From the NCBI GenBank assembly GCA_951406725.2, contig OX597827.1, positions 1,860,001 to 1,924,000 on the forward strand: DNA of 64,000 nt, written 5' to 3'. A program made the translations under genes and the position numbers. The number at the start of each line of letters is the position of its first letter. Positions within the stretch are counted from its first letter, which is position 1. Positions 39,336 through 53,012 of this stretch are shown here, piece after piece. The DNA is from Octopus vulgaris. Taxonomy: Eukaryota. The notes beneath the pieces were generated by a model. That model worked only from the letters and a program-made list of their open reading frames with translations, ran no database searches and had not been told where the DNA came from.

Positions 39336-40404
39336 TATACATATGTATGTATGTATATATATATATATGTGTGTGTGTGTATACATATATATATACTTAT
39401 ATATACATATTTATATATATGTATATATGTATATATATATATATGTGTATGTATATATATATATATATATAACGAGAGAGGGAGAGAGAAAGTGAAAGAG
39501 AGAGAGAGGGGGGTGGATGAGAGAGAAGCGTGGGCGCTGAGATGAAAATGATGGGGAATAGCATAATAAACTGAGGTCATGTAAGATGGCCGACTTGTCA
39601 GAATGACAGAAGAGCTCTTGGGCTATAAACCATCTCATGCGTTTTGATGTTAAACAATCTTCTGCAGATGTTTTATCATGATCTGTTTTAGTATATGACG
39701 AACCGCCAATAAACGACATGTATCAGGAGTTGATGCTTTGATCATCGCAACATTTTTTCTCACATTAAATAATAAAAGGGATTTCCAGGATCCTAGAGTA
39801 ACATTGGAAAAACATTGGGGGATATTCCCCTAAAACGTGTTTTTGACGAAAGAATTGAGCTAAGTCGATATATTTACATGCAAGTGTCGCAAACAATAAA
39901 CTATATATAGAAATAATAGTCGTAGTTAAGTTAATGGTAATATGTTTAATGTTGTGGATAAAGGAATGCTAACCAAACGAGAGAAGAGAAAAAATATGTG
40001 ATGGTGATGTATCTGAATGGAAAGAATTTTGCTTCGAAATCACATGGTTTCAAGTTCAATCCCTCTACGCGGCACCTTGAGTAAGTGTCTTCTGCTAAAG
40101 ATTCTGGCAGATCGAAGCCTTGTGAATGGATTTGGCTGACGGAAACTGAAAGAAGCTTGTTATATATATGTGTACGTATGTTCGTTTGTTTTTTGTATTT
40201 GTGTTTGTCCCCTACCACCACTGGACAACCGGTGCTGGTTTCTTTACGTCTCCCGTAAGTTAGGGATTTGGTATAAGAGACCGATAGAATAAGTACTGGG
40301 GTCGATTTGTTCGACTAAATCCTTCAATGTGGAGCCCCAGCATGGCCACAGTCCAATGAATGAAACAAATAAAAGCTAAAAGATAATAAGCTAATGCTAT
40401 TTTA

Positions 40405-40730
40405 AGCGTTCTGACGCACACCGGAAACAACTCTATTCGTGTTTCAGTATTATTAGACTTCCTCAGCGGGACATAGACTCTATCGTATTTGTCGAAATGG
40501 CGAGAGAATCATTAAATAAATGTACAAGATTATATATTGATTGGAAGAATCGATAATAATTAGGCAGACAATAAAATACTTGTGGTCGCTCTCTGCATGT
40601 AAAATAATTGCCAAGTTACAAGTCAACATATTTAATGAAAGGAACATAAAAAAGTTAAAAGAGGCCCGCTCGAGAAACTTTAACTCTATGAGGTCACTCG
40701 AGTTACTAAAGATAGCAACCAAAACTCCCT
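40405..40730 (-). mobile_element. Probable Penelope 3' relic (GIY-YIG C-terminus-like) with a degenerate hammerhead
   Basis: LKFLERASFNFFMFLSLN resembles the LExxxIxxxxPxLN end of PLE endonucleases. Downstream on the same strand is CTGAGGA-agt..act-GAAAcac (40466-40439). Confidence 0.4.
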
Positions 40731-41402
40731 ATTACATTCTATTTCACCCTATTAAATATATACAACATATAACACTGCATAGTGTAGTTTTATATACACT
40801 ATGCTTATTAACAAGAAAACGGCATGGTCATGGCTGGATTGTCTGCGATTATGGGTCTGCTGGGTCATTTCTACTATGTGTGGAATGAAATTTTAAAATC
40901 TCGGACGATTGCAATTCTGTCAATAACAAATTTTGAAGTTTAAATATTAGGAGTAACTTTACATTAAGGAGTGGAACGTACAATTTCCTATAATTCAGAT
41001 CGCCTCATGGTCCCTGTAGACAAATTGAAAAAGGTATTACCCTGGAAGATGGTGTGGGAGATGCGCTGGAACAACCACTCTGATTCAAGGGGCTCGCACT
41101 TCTGGACAGCCATCTCCGCCCCGATAACGGTGAGCAGGAATAAGGCCCAGGGGCTGAGAACGCTGATGTCTCCACTGCCACAGGCTCCACACCACAGGCT
41201 CCACACCACAAACCTGTCAGAGAGCGGTGGTTTGCTGTTTTGTGCCAAGTAAATAAAATAAAACAGACCCAAGAAGTCGATTCAGCAAAGTTAAGTAATC
41301 AATACAACAGAACTACGAGTTTGCATCGAACTGTTTTGTGATATATGTATCGGTGCTTGCTTTTTCCATGGGTATGAATAAGTATTTCATTTATATCTCA
41401 AG

Positions 41403-41465
41403 TATTTGCCGCTGAAGAGGGGAAAATTCTCTGAAAACCCCGAAACTGGACCAATACGGTAATAA
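41403..41465 (+). ncRNA. Type I hammerhead ribozyme motif
   Basis: ttgccg-CTGAAGA-gggg-15nt-cccc-GAAA-ctggacca-ATA-cggtaa. It has a 6-bp stem I, a 4-bp GC stem II, and a near-palindromic stem III with one C-A mismatch next to the core. Confidence 0.75.
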
Positions 41466-41681
41466 CGAATTTTTTAGAAATTTCTATCGGTTTATTTCGA
41501 GACGCATAAATTATAATGGTTATTTGACAATTTTTGTCTTTCTTTCGGCATATTTGGCATTAGAATTTTTCTTTTGCCCTTATTTTGTAAATTATTTATA
41601 AATTTAACCTTTAAAGGTATTTTTTGATATGCTGGCCATTGATAAAATTTTTTTCCCAAAAAAAATGTTATCCTACATTAG

Positions 41682-41744
<63 letters not shown>

Positions 41745-42543
41745 TACTTGGAGGAGATGAAATGAAACGAAACGAATCGAATCGACGCGAGGGCGCTCAG
41801 TCATACAATAGTGTAATAAATAAAATATATGCATACATACATACATATATGTACGTACCTACATCTACATGTATATATACATGCATATATAAATATATAT
41901 ACGTGAGTACAGGACACCACAAATAGACGTAGAACTCAACGAGAAACGAAAACGTAAAAACAAACATGGAAACTGACCATATATATATATATATGCATTT
42001 ATGTATGTATGTATTATGTATGCATGTATATATGCATGCGCATCGGCTAGATTGTTGTGTGGTCAGTTAAGAGGTATGAAAGTCTCTTGCCATTGGACGG
42101 AACTCCCCCATCCCCTCTTCGCATTCACCTCTTAACTACATTCCAGCATCGTTTTAAGTGATTCTTTTGTCGCATGATTCAAATGTATCTGTAGAAATAT
42201 GTTCTGTAACATCATAAAGTTATGACTCGCCTTCAGACAGAAACAGAAATAGAGACATGCTTCCACTCACCCACGCAGCACAAGCACACATACATACACA
42301 CGCTTAAACACACACACACACACACACTCATACACACACACACACACTCATACACACACACAGAAACACATATACGCACATGCGGATAAACGTGTATAAA
42401 TTATATTGATATAAACATATTTATACCATGTAGACGTGTGCGCATTTTGGTAATGCAGACATACGCATATAGTGGCATACGCATATAGAGATGCACACGC
42501 ACACATACATGCACGAATATGTGTTTGTGTGTATGTTGAATTC

Positions 42544-42619
<76 letters not shown>

Positions 42620-42686
42620 GTGTGTCTATGTGTTTGCGTCTGTATGTGTGTCTGTCTGGCTAACTGCCTGTCTGTCCGACTGACTA

Positions 42687-42722
<36 letters not shown>

Positions 42723-42808
42723 ACTGTCAGTCTGTCTGTCGATCTATCTCTATATTATGGATACGTACATACTATGTGTGTGTCTATATATGAATGCTTA
42801 TATATTCA

Positions 42809-42860
<52 letters not shown>

Positions 42861-43293
42861 TATATATGTAGGTGCGTACATATATGTATGTATATATGCA
42901 TATGTTTTATTCATTAATTTGTGTGTGTGTGTATGTATATATATATATATATAAATACATACACACACACACACACACGCACGCACACACACACGCACGC
43001 ACACACACACACACAACTACATAAACATAATCGAGTATAAACATGTATGTATATACCAACAAATCTATTTACACTGACGCATAAATGAATGTACATACAA
43101 CGCATAACTCCCACACACGATACATACACAGATACGTATAAACCCATAAACATAAAAACACAAAAGTAAAGGCAAGAATTTAAAACAAAACACCTACAAT
43201 AATATATAAAAACATGTGAATATATCCCCATACGCACATATACTCACAGATACACACACACACACGCTTGTATGCATAAATACATATATACAT

Positions 43294-43379
<86 letters not shown>

Positions 43380-43671
43380 GTATGTATATATGTATGTATG
43401 TATGTATGTATGCATATATGTGTATGTATGTGTATATATGTATATAAGCAGATACGATAAATATGTCTCAGTACATACACAGACATATAACCATACACAC
43501 ACATGAAAATAAATGCGCACATTGAAACAGATATAGAGAAGCTCAAAAAGACACATACATATATATATATATTATATATATATACACACACACAGACTTG
43601 GACTCACACACATACACAAGGACTCACAAATGATACCCGCACACACTCTAAAACACACACATACATTGATA

Positions 43672-43727
<56 letters not shown>

Positions 43728-44431
43728 ACATATATGTATGTATATATGTATATATTTATATATTATTTATACTATATGAATATGTGTGTGTGTGTGTGTG
43801 TAAACATATATATATATCACAAGTATATATATGCAAATACTTAAAAACAAACATTTACGTAAAGCAGACGCGCACATGGATAACAGCTTGTAGACACTCA
43901 ACCGAATATCCACGCGTATAGCATTTATCTCACACAGACATATGCAAAGGCGCACATGCGCACACAGAAGAAGACGCTCATGCGCGTGATCAGGTATTTT
44001 GACAATGTTCATTGATTAATGAACGTGACAATAGATTCCCCACTTAAACACATTCATGTTGCGTTATAGCCATCGACATGTGTGCTATGTATATACATAA
44101 AATGGCTGTGTGTGTATATGTATAAATATATATCTATGTTTGTATGTATGTGTGTGTGTATTTATATATATGTGTACATATATGTATGTATATATGTATA
44201 TATTTATATATATATATATTTATGTGTGTATATATATTTAGGCATATATATATATATATATTTATATGTATATATATATATATTGTATATATGTGTATGA
44301 TATTTATATGGATGAATCGATTGGTTATGCATTTATTGTATGTGTGCAGATATTATATATATATATATAAATGCGTGTATGTCTGTGTGTGTGTTTGTGT
44401 GTGTGTGTGTGCGTGTGTGTGTCTGTGTGCC

Positions 44432-44462
<31 letters not shown>

Positions 44463-44897
44463 GTGCTTGTGAGCGAGCGTGTCTTCGCGTGAGCATACAG
44501 CATATGCGCCACATAAAATATATTTTGTTAATATTGCATAGGTCGATATATGTGTGTGTGTAATATATTAAGTATGCCGCTATCTCTCTCATTCTCTTCA
44601 CTCACTCTCTCCCTGTCTCTTATTTCTTTCTCTGTCTTCATCTCTCTCTCTTCATCTCTCTCTCTTTCTGCCTGTTTAGAACTACGTGTATGCGCGCACC
44701 TGTGTGTCCGTGTGTGTGTGTGATACACGTTTTTAATTTCATATTTTTGAAAGGGAGTGTTTTTGTGCAGATATTCAAAGCACAAATGATGATGAATGGA
44801 GCGAGGCAAATAATGTATAAATTCAATTACACACTCACTCACACACACACACACATGCAAACACACATATTATATATATATATATATATATACCCAT

Positions 44898-44939
<42 letters not shown>

Positions 44940-45068
44940 GTTTATATATATATATATATCTTTACATCCGTCTATCAATCTCTTTGTATGTACGAATCGT
45001 CCTATGTATCTGTATGTCTCTATGCATCTGTATATGTATGTATGCATGTATGTATGCATGTATGTATG

Positions 45069-45106
<38 letters not shown>

Positions 45107-45191
45107 TAAGGTAAATATATCAGTCTGTCCTTCCCAGTATTCCACTGTTTATAATAATTACTTTTGTTATTTTTGTTTTTGTTGTTGTTGT

Positions 45192-45245
<54 letters not shown>

Positions 45246-45297
45246 TATGATAATAATGATAATAATAATTATCATTATCATTATTATTATTATCATT

Positions 45298-45372
<75 letters not shown>

Positions 45373-45741
45373 TACTTTATCGCCATGGTAATTGAAAAGC
45401 GATGTACTGTTTTTCGCTCAACATGTAGAAAAGTATTTCAACTACAGTTAAACCACTTTTTTTTAATATATATATATATATTTCGTTTAAACAATATTTT
45501 AATTTACCTTAGTCAATATATTATCATTTTCTGAGATATCAAATAGCTTTAGTTTGATTATAAATGTTGATACATGTTTAAATCTATGAAATCTCACGAA
45601 TGATATGTTTTATTTTTGTTATTATTATTATTTTTTTTTTTGTGTCTTTATTCATTTTTGCTTTACCACGTTTTTCTTCAAAGATAAACGTGCTTAGGCT
45701 TTGTGTGATCTTGCGTTGTAGCCTTTCGTGTGATTTTGTTC

Positions 45742-45816
<75 letters not shown>

Positions 45817-45901
45817 TATTATTATTATTAGTTGTTAAAGTTATTTCTATAAAAGCAGTTACTATTCCGTCCTGTCTATCCATCCATTCATCCATTTTCC
45901 C

Positions 45902-46131
45902 CGCGAGCTGGCAGACACGTTAGCGCGCCGGGTGGAACGCTTAGCGGTATTTCGTCTGTCGCTACGTTCTGAGTTCAAATTCCACCGAGGTCGACTTTGC
46001 CTTTCATCCTTTCGGGGTCGATTAATAAAAGTACCAGTTTCGCACTGGAGTCGATGTAATTGACTTAATCCCTTTGTCTGTCCTTGTTTGTCCTTTTTAT
46101 GTTTAGCCCCTTGTGGGCAATAAAGAAATAT
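45902..46131 (+). mobile_element. SINE family A, well-conserved copy
   Basis: Complete head, central domain and tail gtttagccccttgtgggcaataaagaaata. Confidence 0.9.
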
Positions 46132-46134
46132 ATT

Positions 46135-46420
46135 CTTGGGAGGACCGCAGGCGTTTGAGTCCTTAAACACATCCTCTAGAGCGAACTATCAGCAGAAACA
46201 GTCGTTACACTTTGGGACTTGATTCTCAGGCATACCAACTGAGGCTATGAATATCACCCAACTAACTTGTTCTTAGTGTACCTCTAGGTCTCCGGATGAT
46301 TGGCTTGGCTCGAAGACTCCGTCTTGCGATTCTTTCCTTCAACATTCTACGGCCATGTTCGCAGTACTGGAGCTATGTCTCTTCATTGCGGCGAAGCAGT
46401 GACTCCACCTGCCGTGATAT
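46135..46420 (-). mobile_element. RTE-clade LINE C-terminal fragment
   Basis: Manual translation LQYCEHGRRMLKERIARRSLRAKP..RRPRGTLRT..DIHSLSW..VSADSSL*R matches the LRWxGHVxRM..RPRGRP..W motif. Confidence 0.65.
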
Positions 46421-46841
46421 CTCCATGCAAATAGCAAGAAATAAAATGTACGAATAAATAAAAAATAAAATGAAAAGGAAACCGTATTGCGTACTGTTGC
46501 ATATCTGCCGAAATAGACGAAACCCAACCAGAAGGAAATCCTTCTTTAAAATATCAACGATAGAAGTTTTAGTTTTAAAGATAAACAAAACTGATTAAAA
46601 TTATCGAAAAAAAAAAGAATTAAAAAGAAGAAAATCATAGAAACTCCGAAAAACTTTTTTTTTCTGTTTACTGTGTGGTTAAAAAGTTCGCTTTGTAGCC
46701 ACGTGGTTTTGGGTTCAGTCCCATTGTCCCGTACCGAAAGCAAGTGTCTTCTATTTTAGCCCCGAACCGACTAATGCCTTGTGAGTGGATTTGGTGGATG
46801 GAAACTGTGAAAATTTGGCGTATAGATATACGAGCATGCTA

Positions 46842-47151
46842 GGGTGAGTGATAAATGTTTTCGCATTTTTCACTGATAATTTTTAGCTACTCGTATTTCC
46901 ATGGTTACATCATTAATTTCATACAACTTGTCCAATTGTTGGTCAATTGCTTATGCTTTATTTTTATGTATAAAATATATTCATTTATTGTGTTTACTTC
47001 ATTTAAAAATGAAAACACTGAGTTAAAAAAGTTGGATTATACAATACCTGTGGCAAAAGAACTGAGTACAAAAGCAAATTAATGTTGTGGCACAAAACTG
47101 GTTCATACGCATCAAGTACGGTGACACCAGCCTAGAAGACAAACCAAGGTG

Positions 47152-47155
<4 letters not shown>
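46842..47155 (+). mobile_element. Mariner 5' relic
   Basis: VAQNWFIRIKYGDTSLEDKPR*G matches the WFxxFxxGxxSLEDxPRxG motif. Confidence 0.65.
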
Positions 47156-47206
<51 letters not shown>

Positions 47207-47284
47207 GTATATGTATATATGTATGCATATATATCCAAGTTTGTATGATTGTGTATATAAGGATATATTAACCGATGAGATTCC

Positions 47285-47731
47285 AACAAAGTCTAATTTT
47301 CACGTTTTATTATTTGCAATTTTTACAATTTTATAATATTGAAATGAACCAGTACTTTCATGCGTTCCACAATTGACATGTTGTCAGTTGTGGAACACGA
47401 CTGTCACTACATAAACTTGATGATTGCGTAACGCATGAAAGTACTAGTTTATTTCGATGTCGTAAAGTTGTAAACTTGTAAGGTAGCGAGCTAGCAGAAA
47501 CATTAGCATTATTTCAACTGTCTTTACGCTCTAAGTTCATATTCCGCCGAGGTCGACTTTGCCTTTCATCCTTTCGGGGTCGATAAATTATGTACCAGTT
47601 GCGTACTGGGGTCGATTTCATTGACTGGCTCCTCCACTCCTCAAAAATTTCGGGACTTGTGCCTAGAGTAGAAAAGTATATTGTAAAATTGAAAAAATTG
47701 CAAAAACAAATCGTGAAAATCAGACTAAGTT
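47285..47731. mobile_element. Short inverted pseudo-LTR pair (PLE-like) with a hammerhead, right arm split by a family A SINE (47482-47680)
   Basis: The reverse complement of 47285-47366 matches 47430-47481 plus 47681-47731. A central 15-bp hairpin lies at 47364-47396. Confidence 0.75.
47411..47452 (+). ncRNA. Minimal type I hammerhead motif (C3->U variant)
   Basis: ataaac-TTGATGA-t-tgcg-taa-cgca-t-GAAA-gtac-TA-gtttat. Stem I is a perfect 6 bp, stem III is the palindrome AGTACT, and the triplet is CUA. Confidence 0.65.
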
Positions 47732-47827
47732 ATATATGCATACTAGGCTATAGTAGAAGACACTTGCCCAAGGTGCCACGCAGTGGGAATGAACCTGGAA
47801 CCATGTGGCTGGTAAGTAAGCTACTTA

Positions 47828-49872
47828 ATTTCATAAATTTGTCATATAGACAGTACAAAGAGCTTTGCGGGCTGGACAAATACATTAATAAACGAAAATG
47901 AAATATAATGAATAAATGAGAGACGAAACCCAACACCCGCCGATTGGATTTTTCTCGAAAACATATTTTCTTTTTTTTTTTTAAATCAATATGAGGTTTC
48001 AAACCTCTTACAAGAAGGAAGCACTAAAACCTCTTACTTAACATGTTTTCTTTTTTTTTTCTTAAAGCACAAAATTGAGGTTATAAACCACTACAAAATA
48101 ATCCAATAAGATGAGGTTTCAAACTCTGTAACGAGAGTCTTTTACCTCCTACTCTTCGATATATCCATAGATATATTCATCATTATCTTCAATGCCGCTT
48201 GAGTTCCTGTATCCCGCCATTTCCCATGCCTCACTCATGTAGGACATGTAAGTCGTGTAAGGGCCACCCGGCCATATGCGACACTCCTCCCCAAATCCTT
48301 TAAGCCTTTCCCACAAGGGAAACCTTATGACCTCCACAGCTATCTGCGGAGGCCATTCGGGATCCCGTGCGAAGGACATATCTACTGTTTCTTTATGTTC
48401 TATTATTTTTTACACCTTCCCACCTTTGTAGAAAAAGATAATTAATTGATCATCTTTAAGGGTGGGGGTGGTTTCTTCCACCGTGGGTGGCACAACTTCG
48501 GGACATGCAGTCGGCACATCATCTCCCCGCTGAGATGACCCGTTCTTCTTTCTTCTTTTTTTTCTTTTCTTCCTGGCTTCGGGAGAGTGGAGCTCTTCCG
48601 CTTTGTCCGGAGACTCTCCCCCGCCTCCCGAAGCCTTAGGTTCCTTCGGCGGGCAACTATTGTTGCCCGCCTTCTTCCTTTTTAATCATTTTTGAGTTGA
48701 GGAGGCTGAAGCCTCCTCGACCACATCCACCGCTCCCTTTGACCGGGTAGGGTAGGTGGCATCTAGTGACTGTTCCAGGACCTTACCATGGTCCTGGGGG
48801 CAGTTCCTTTTAATGTGGTCTGGCTGCAGGCACGAGTGACACTTTGGGGGACGTCCCTCAAGTATCACCGGATCCCTGCAGCCAGCCATTTTCAAGAAAT
48901 CTGGAAAAACCAGTTCTGTTGTGGCCGATGGGGTCCACAGGGTCAAAATCGCTTTTGACCCTTCCCAATCGACCGCTGGCAATACTCTTACATTTAAGAG
49001 CCTGGGCCCGCCATCCCCCAGTCCCCGTCGGATGGTATCTTCAATCCTATCCGCTTCGATGCCCGGGGGGAGCCTACATACCCAGGCTCGTATTAATTTT
49101 CTTCCACAATATGACGGGAGAAACAGAATTTCCTTGCCTTCTAAAGGCTAACTCGCAAACTGGCGAGCTTTTTTCCCGTTGTCAACAGCAACCATACGGT
49201 TGCATGTTTGACACCACGGGATATATATTTTACAGAGGACAAATGTTCTTTAAGTTAATTTTTTATGACTTGTTTTGGGAAGACGGTGATGGAATTAAGA
49301 ACTTTAGAATACGTTCTAAGTACCATCGTCTTCTCCTCCATATCTTTTAACCACTGCTTAGGCGGATTAATTTCCCACTCTAAGACAGAGTTTTTCTTTT
49401 TAAGTTCCTTCTCTGCCATGTCAAGAAACAGTTCAAAAGTAGTTCAAAAGACAGTCTGCCAAAAAATTAAACCGAATAAAAATAAAACAAAATAAAAGAG
49501 GAGGGGAGGAAACTGAAATTAAAGTAATGAAAAGAATGAACCAAAATTTAGAAAGAAAGAAAAAAATAGAAGGGAAAAGTAAAAGAAAAACCTCACAAAT
49601 AGCACAGACAGGGAATCCTTTGTATAATACCCCAAAAAGGTAATCCAAATGGCTTTTTCTTATTTTTCTGGCGAGATACGCCCACTAGAATTCAGAAAAA
49701 GAATTTTCAAAAAAATTCTCAATTCACCGTTACGGTGATGAGAACCCAGTATTTTGCTCGCTATAGCGAACCATAATTGACAATTTTTCTTTTTGTTCTT
49801 TTTTTCTATTCGCGGAGCCGAAACTCACATCTGCTCACTGTAACAGTCCGGACCAACTAGTGTTGCATTCTG
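47828..49872 (-). mobile_element. Approximately 2 kb ORF1-only L1/Tx1-like retroelement inserted into a family B SINE head, with 16-17 bp TSD
   Basis: TSD ggtaa(g/a)taagctactt at 47811-47826 and 49873-49888. The SINE halves at 47745-47826 and 49873-49911 are contiguous when rejoined. Confidence 0.75.
48149..49419 (-). pseudogene. Gag-like ORF1 with CCHC zinc knuckle (frameshifted)
   Basis: MAEKELKKKNSVLEWE.., LFLPSYCGRK..RLPP and VILEGRPPKCHSCLQPDHIKRNCP (CX2CX4HX4C), then a basic low-complexity region and a C-terminal piece at 48149-48379. Confidence 0.8.
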
Positions 49873-50472
49873 GGTAAATAAGCTACTTACCATACAGCCA
49901 CTCCTGCGCCTGTAAACAGCCATGCATGCAGTTTTTCTAAAAAAAAAAGACAAACCACAAAGTATTGTCAGGGCTGGAGCTATCTTGGGTCATAAGTCTG
50001 TTGTTGGATTGGAACTCACCAGGGTATAAGACAACAACAACAGCAACAATAGCAACATCAAAAACATCAGCAAGAGCAGCGTGGACGGCAAACATAAAAG
50101 CTGCAACAACGACAATGGTGAGAGCAGGAGCGGAGGTGAAAGAGGCAGAAAGAAAGAAACAAACAAAAAGAACACAACTGGTTACTAAGAAACGTAAGGC
50201 GTTCAGTTGGCTGCTCTAATGTAGAAGAGTTGGCTGCACCGGCTCCAAACAGAATTTCGTGAATGATGAGAATAATAAAATATTAACTGCAAGTGAAATT
50301 TTACATTAACGAGAGAGGGAGAGAGAGAGAGAGAGGGGGACGAAAAAGGTCACTGGTTTTGTTGTTCTTTTACCTCCTCCTTTACTACTTTCACTCCTAC
50401 AACTGTTGGTACAGTTATATATATATGTATATATACACACACACATATATATATAAATATATACACACACAG

Positions 50473-50509
<37 letters not shown>

Positions 50510-50574
50510 CATGTATATATATATGTGTGTGTGTGAATATGTGTGCGTGTGTGTAGATATATATGATATATGCT

Positions 50575-50608
<34 letters not shown>

Positions 50609-50720
50609 AATATATATACATATATATATTCGTGTGTTTTTTGCATATTTTCTTATATGTATTATCCTATATATATCTATGTACAGATGCAATCCTGCGT
50701 GTATGCATGTGTGTATAAAT

Positions 50721-50769
<49 letters not shown>

Positions 50770-51059
50770 TATACATATATTTATATACATATAATTATGT
50801 GCATATATATGTGTATAAATATACACATATATTTATATATATATGCACATATTTATATACACATACACCTATATATTATACATATAATATATATATGTAT
50901 ATATACACATATATACATACCTATATATATATATATATAATATATATACATATAAATGCACATGTATATGATATATATGTAAACATATATATGTATAATA
51001 TGATATATAATACATACATATATGTATGTTTGTATGTATATATATATACACACACACAT

Positions 51060-51139
<80 letters not shown>

Positions 51140-51552
51140 GTTTATATATGCGCATATATCTTCTGCACTTTTTAATGCAGGCATGGGCTTAAAGGAAAAG
51201 ATTTGCCAGCTGGTTGAGTGAAATTCTGCTAATGGATGTCATCCTGGATTTGCAAACGTTTATCACTTTCTTATTTATTGCGGGGAAATTTAGCTACAGT
51301 TTTTATTTATATTTTGTATATATATATATATTTGTTTTGTTGTTGTTTTGTTCTTTTATCTCCTCGCTGTTGGCGTGAAAATACGTATATAACATTGTGT
51401 ATATAAAGATAAAGCTTAAGTAGCTTCATTAATCTCAGATAAGTAACTATACCTTCAGGTGAGAGAGAGAGGAAAAAACCAAAAACCTAATGCAAGCAAC
51501 AATAAATAAATGAAAAATCTCTTTTAAAAGGAGACGCTCCGTCTTGTGTATG

Positions 51553-51595
<43 letters not shown>

Positions 51596-51941
51596 ATCAT
51601 AGATAATTTCTATTCCAAAGATAATTTCCTATACTGAATAAAATTTTCTCGGATAGCTTTGCTTTGTGTCTTGATAATTTTTTTCTTTTGTTTTTGTTTC
51701 AATATATTGTTGTTGTTGTTGTTGTTGTTTATTGACACCTTTATTTATTTATTTATTTACGTATTACCAAAGTTATTCCTCCTTCCTCTCTTCATTCTTT
51801 CCTTTCTTTCTTCCTGTGTTCCTTTCCATTATATCTGTCTTTGTTTTTCTGAATTTATACTTTGCGTAGAGCCTTTCCTCCATCAGATGCACCTAACCGC
51901 CATTACCATGCTCGCAATGATATGCATTATCTTGAAATTCA

Positions 51942-52004
<63 letters not shown>

Positions 52005-52504
52005 TATATATATAATGAAAACAAAGCAAAGGACGGGAAAAGGGAATACTGAAGAGTAGAGTCAGTAGTGTGTCGAACAAATATGTCTTCCATATCTTAT
52101 TACGTCATTTTAGGTTCTGAGATCGGCTCCCAATAAAACCAACTGCAGCCTTCATTGGCACCAGTCAAGTACTGTGGCTTTGTGGCATCCATTTAATGTT
52201 CTTATTTTTTGGGTGAGTGGGATGTGTATTTTTTGTTTCAAAATAACCTCAGTAATGGTAATATGTCTTCCTACTATGAGCAGAAGACCCGAAATTTCAA
52301 CCCCAATGCTCAAATGGCATTTATCTTATCGACTCTAAGATGAATGATAAAAGTGAACCTTTGGTGGAATCTGATCTCAGAACATTAAAAAACCGGAAGA
52401 ATCGCCGGTGTGCATTTTGTTCGTTGCACCAACGATTTACGTGTCTACGACAGCTGTATGTATGTGTTTGTGTGCGTGTGTGACTGACCCTAGCCATTTT
52501 ACAC

Positions 52505-52625
52505 ATACATGACAACACACCCCTCTCTCTCTCTCTCTCAGTCAATCACTCACACACTCACACACTAAAAAGGGTGCGAGAAAAACTAAATAAATAAAAA
52601 TATTTTCGCTATATCTCTCTCCCTG

Positions 52626-52659
<34 letters not shown>

Positions 52660-52866
52660 CGACAACACTTCTCTCTCAGTCAAACGCACTAAAAATGATG
52701 TGAGGAAAAGTAAATAAATAAAATTTACGCTATCACTTTCTCTCTCTGTCTCTCTCTCTCTCTGTTAGTCTGTCTCTCTCTGACAACACACCTATCTCTC
52801 TCGCAGTCATTCGCACACACTCACTCAAAAAAGATGTGAGGAAAAATAAATAAAAAATGTACGCTG

Positions 52867-52904
<38 letters not shown>

Positions 52905-52915
52905 TCACACACATA
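52505..52915 (+). repeat. Imperfect tandem triplication of a 120-150 bp unit with embedded (TC)n
   Basis: gacaacac..agtca..cact.aaaa..gtg.ga..aaa.taaata..cgct recurs near 52511, 52661 and 52782. Confidence 0.8.
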
Positions 52916-53012
52916 CACATACACTTTAAATTTATTATTCAATTTTCAATAAGGTAAAATCTTAAATTATTGACACATTAATAATTAGCATAATGGCATA
53001 GCCTTGAGAAAA

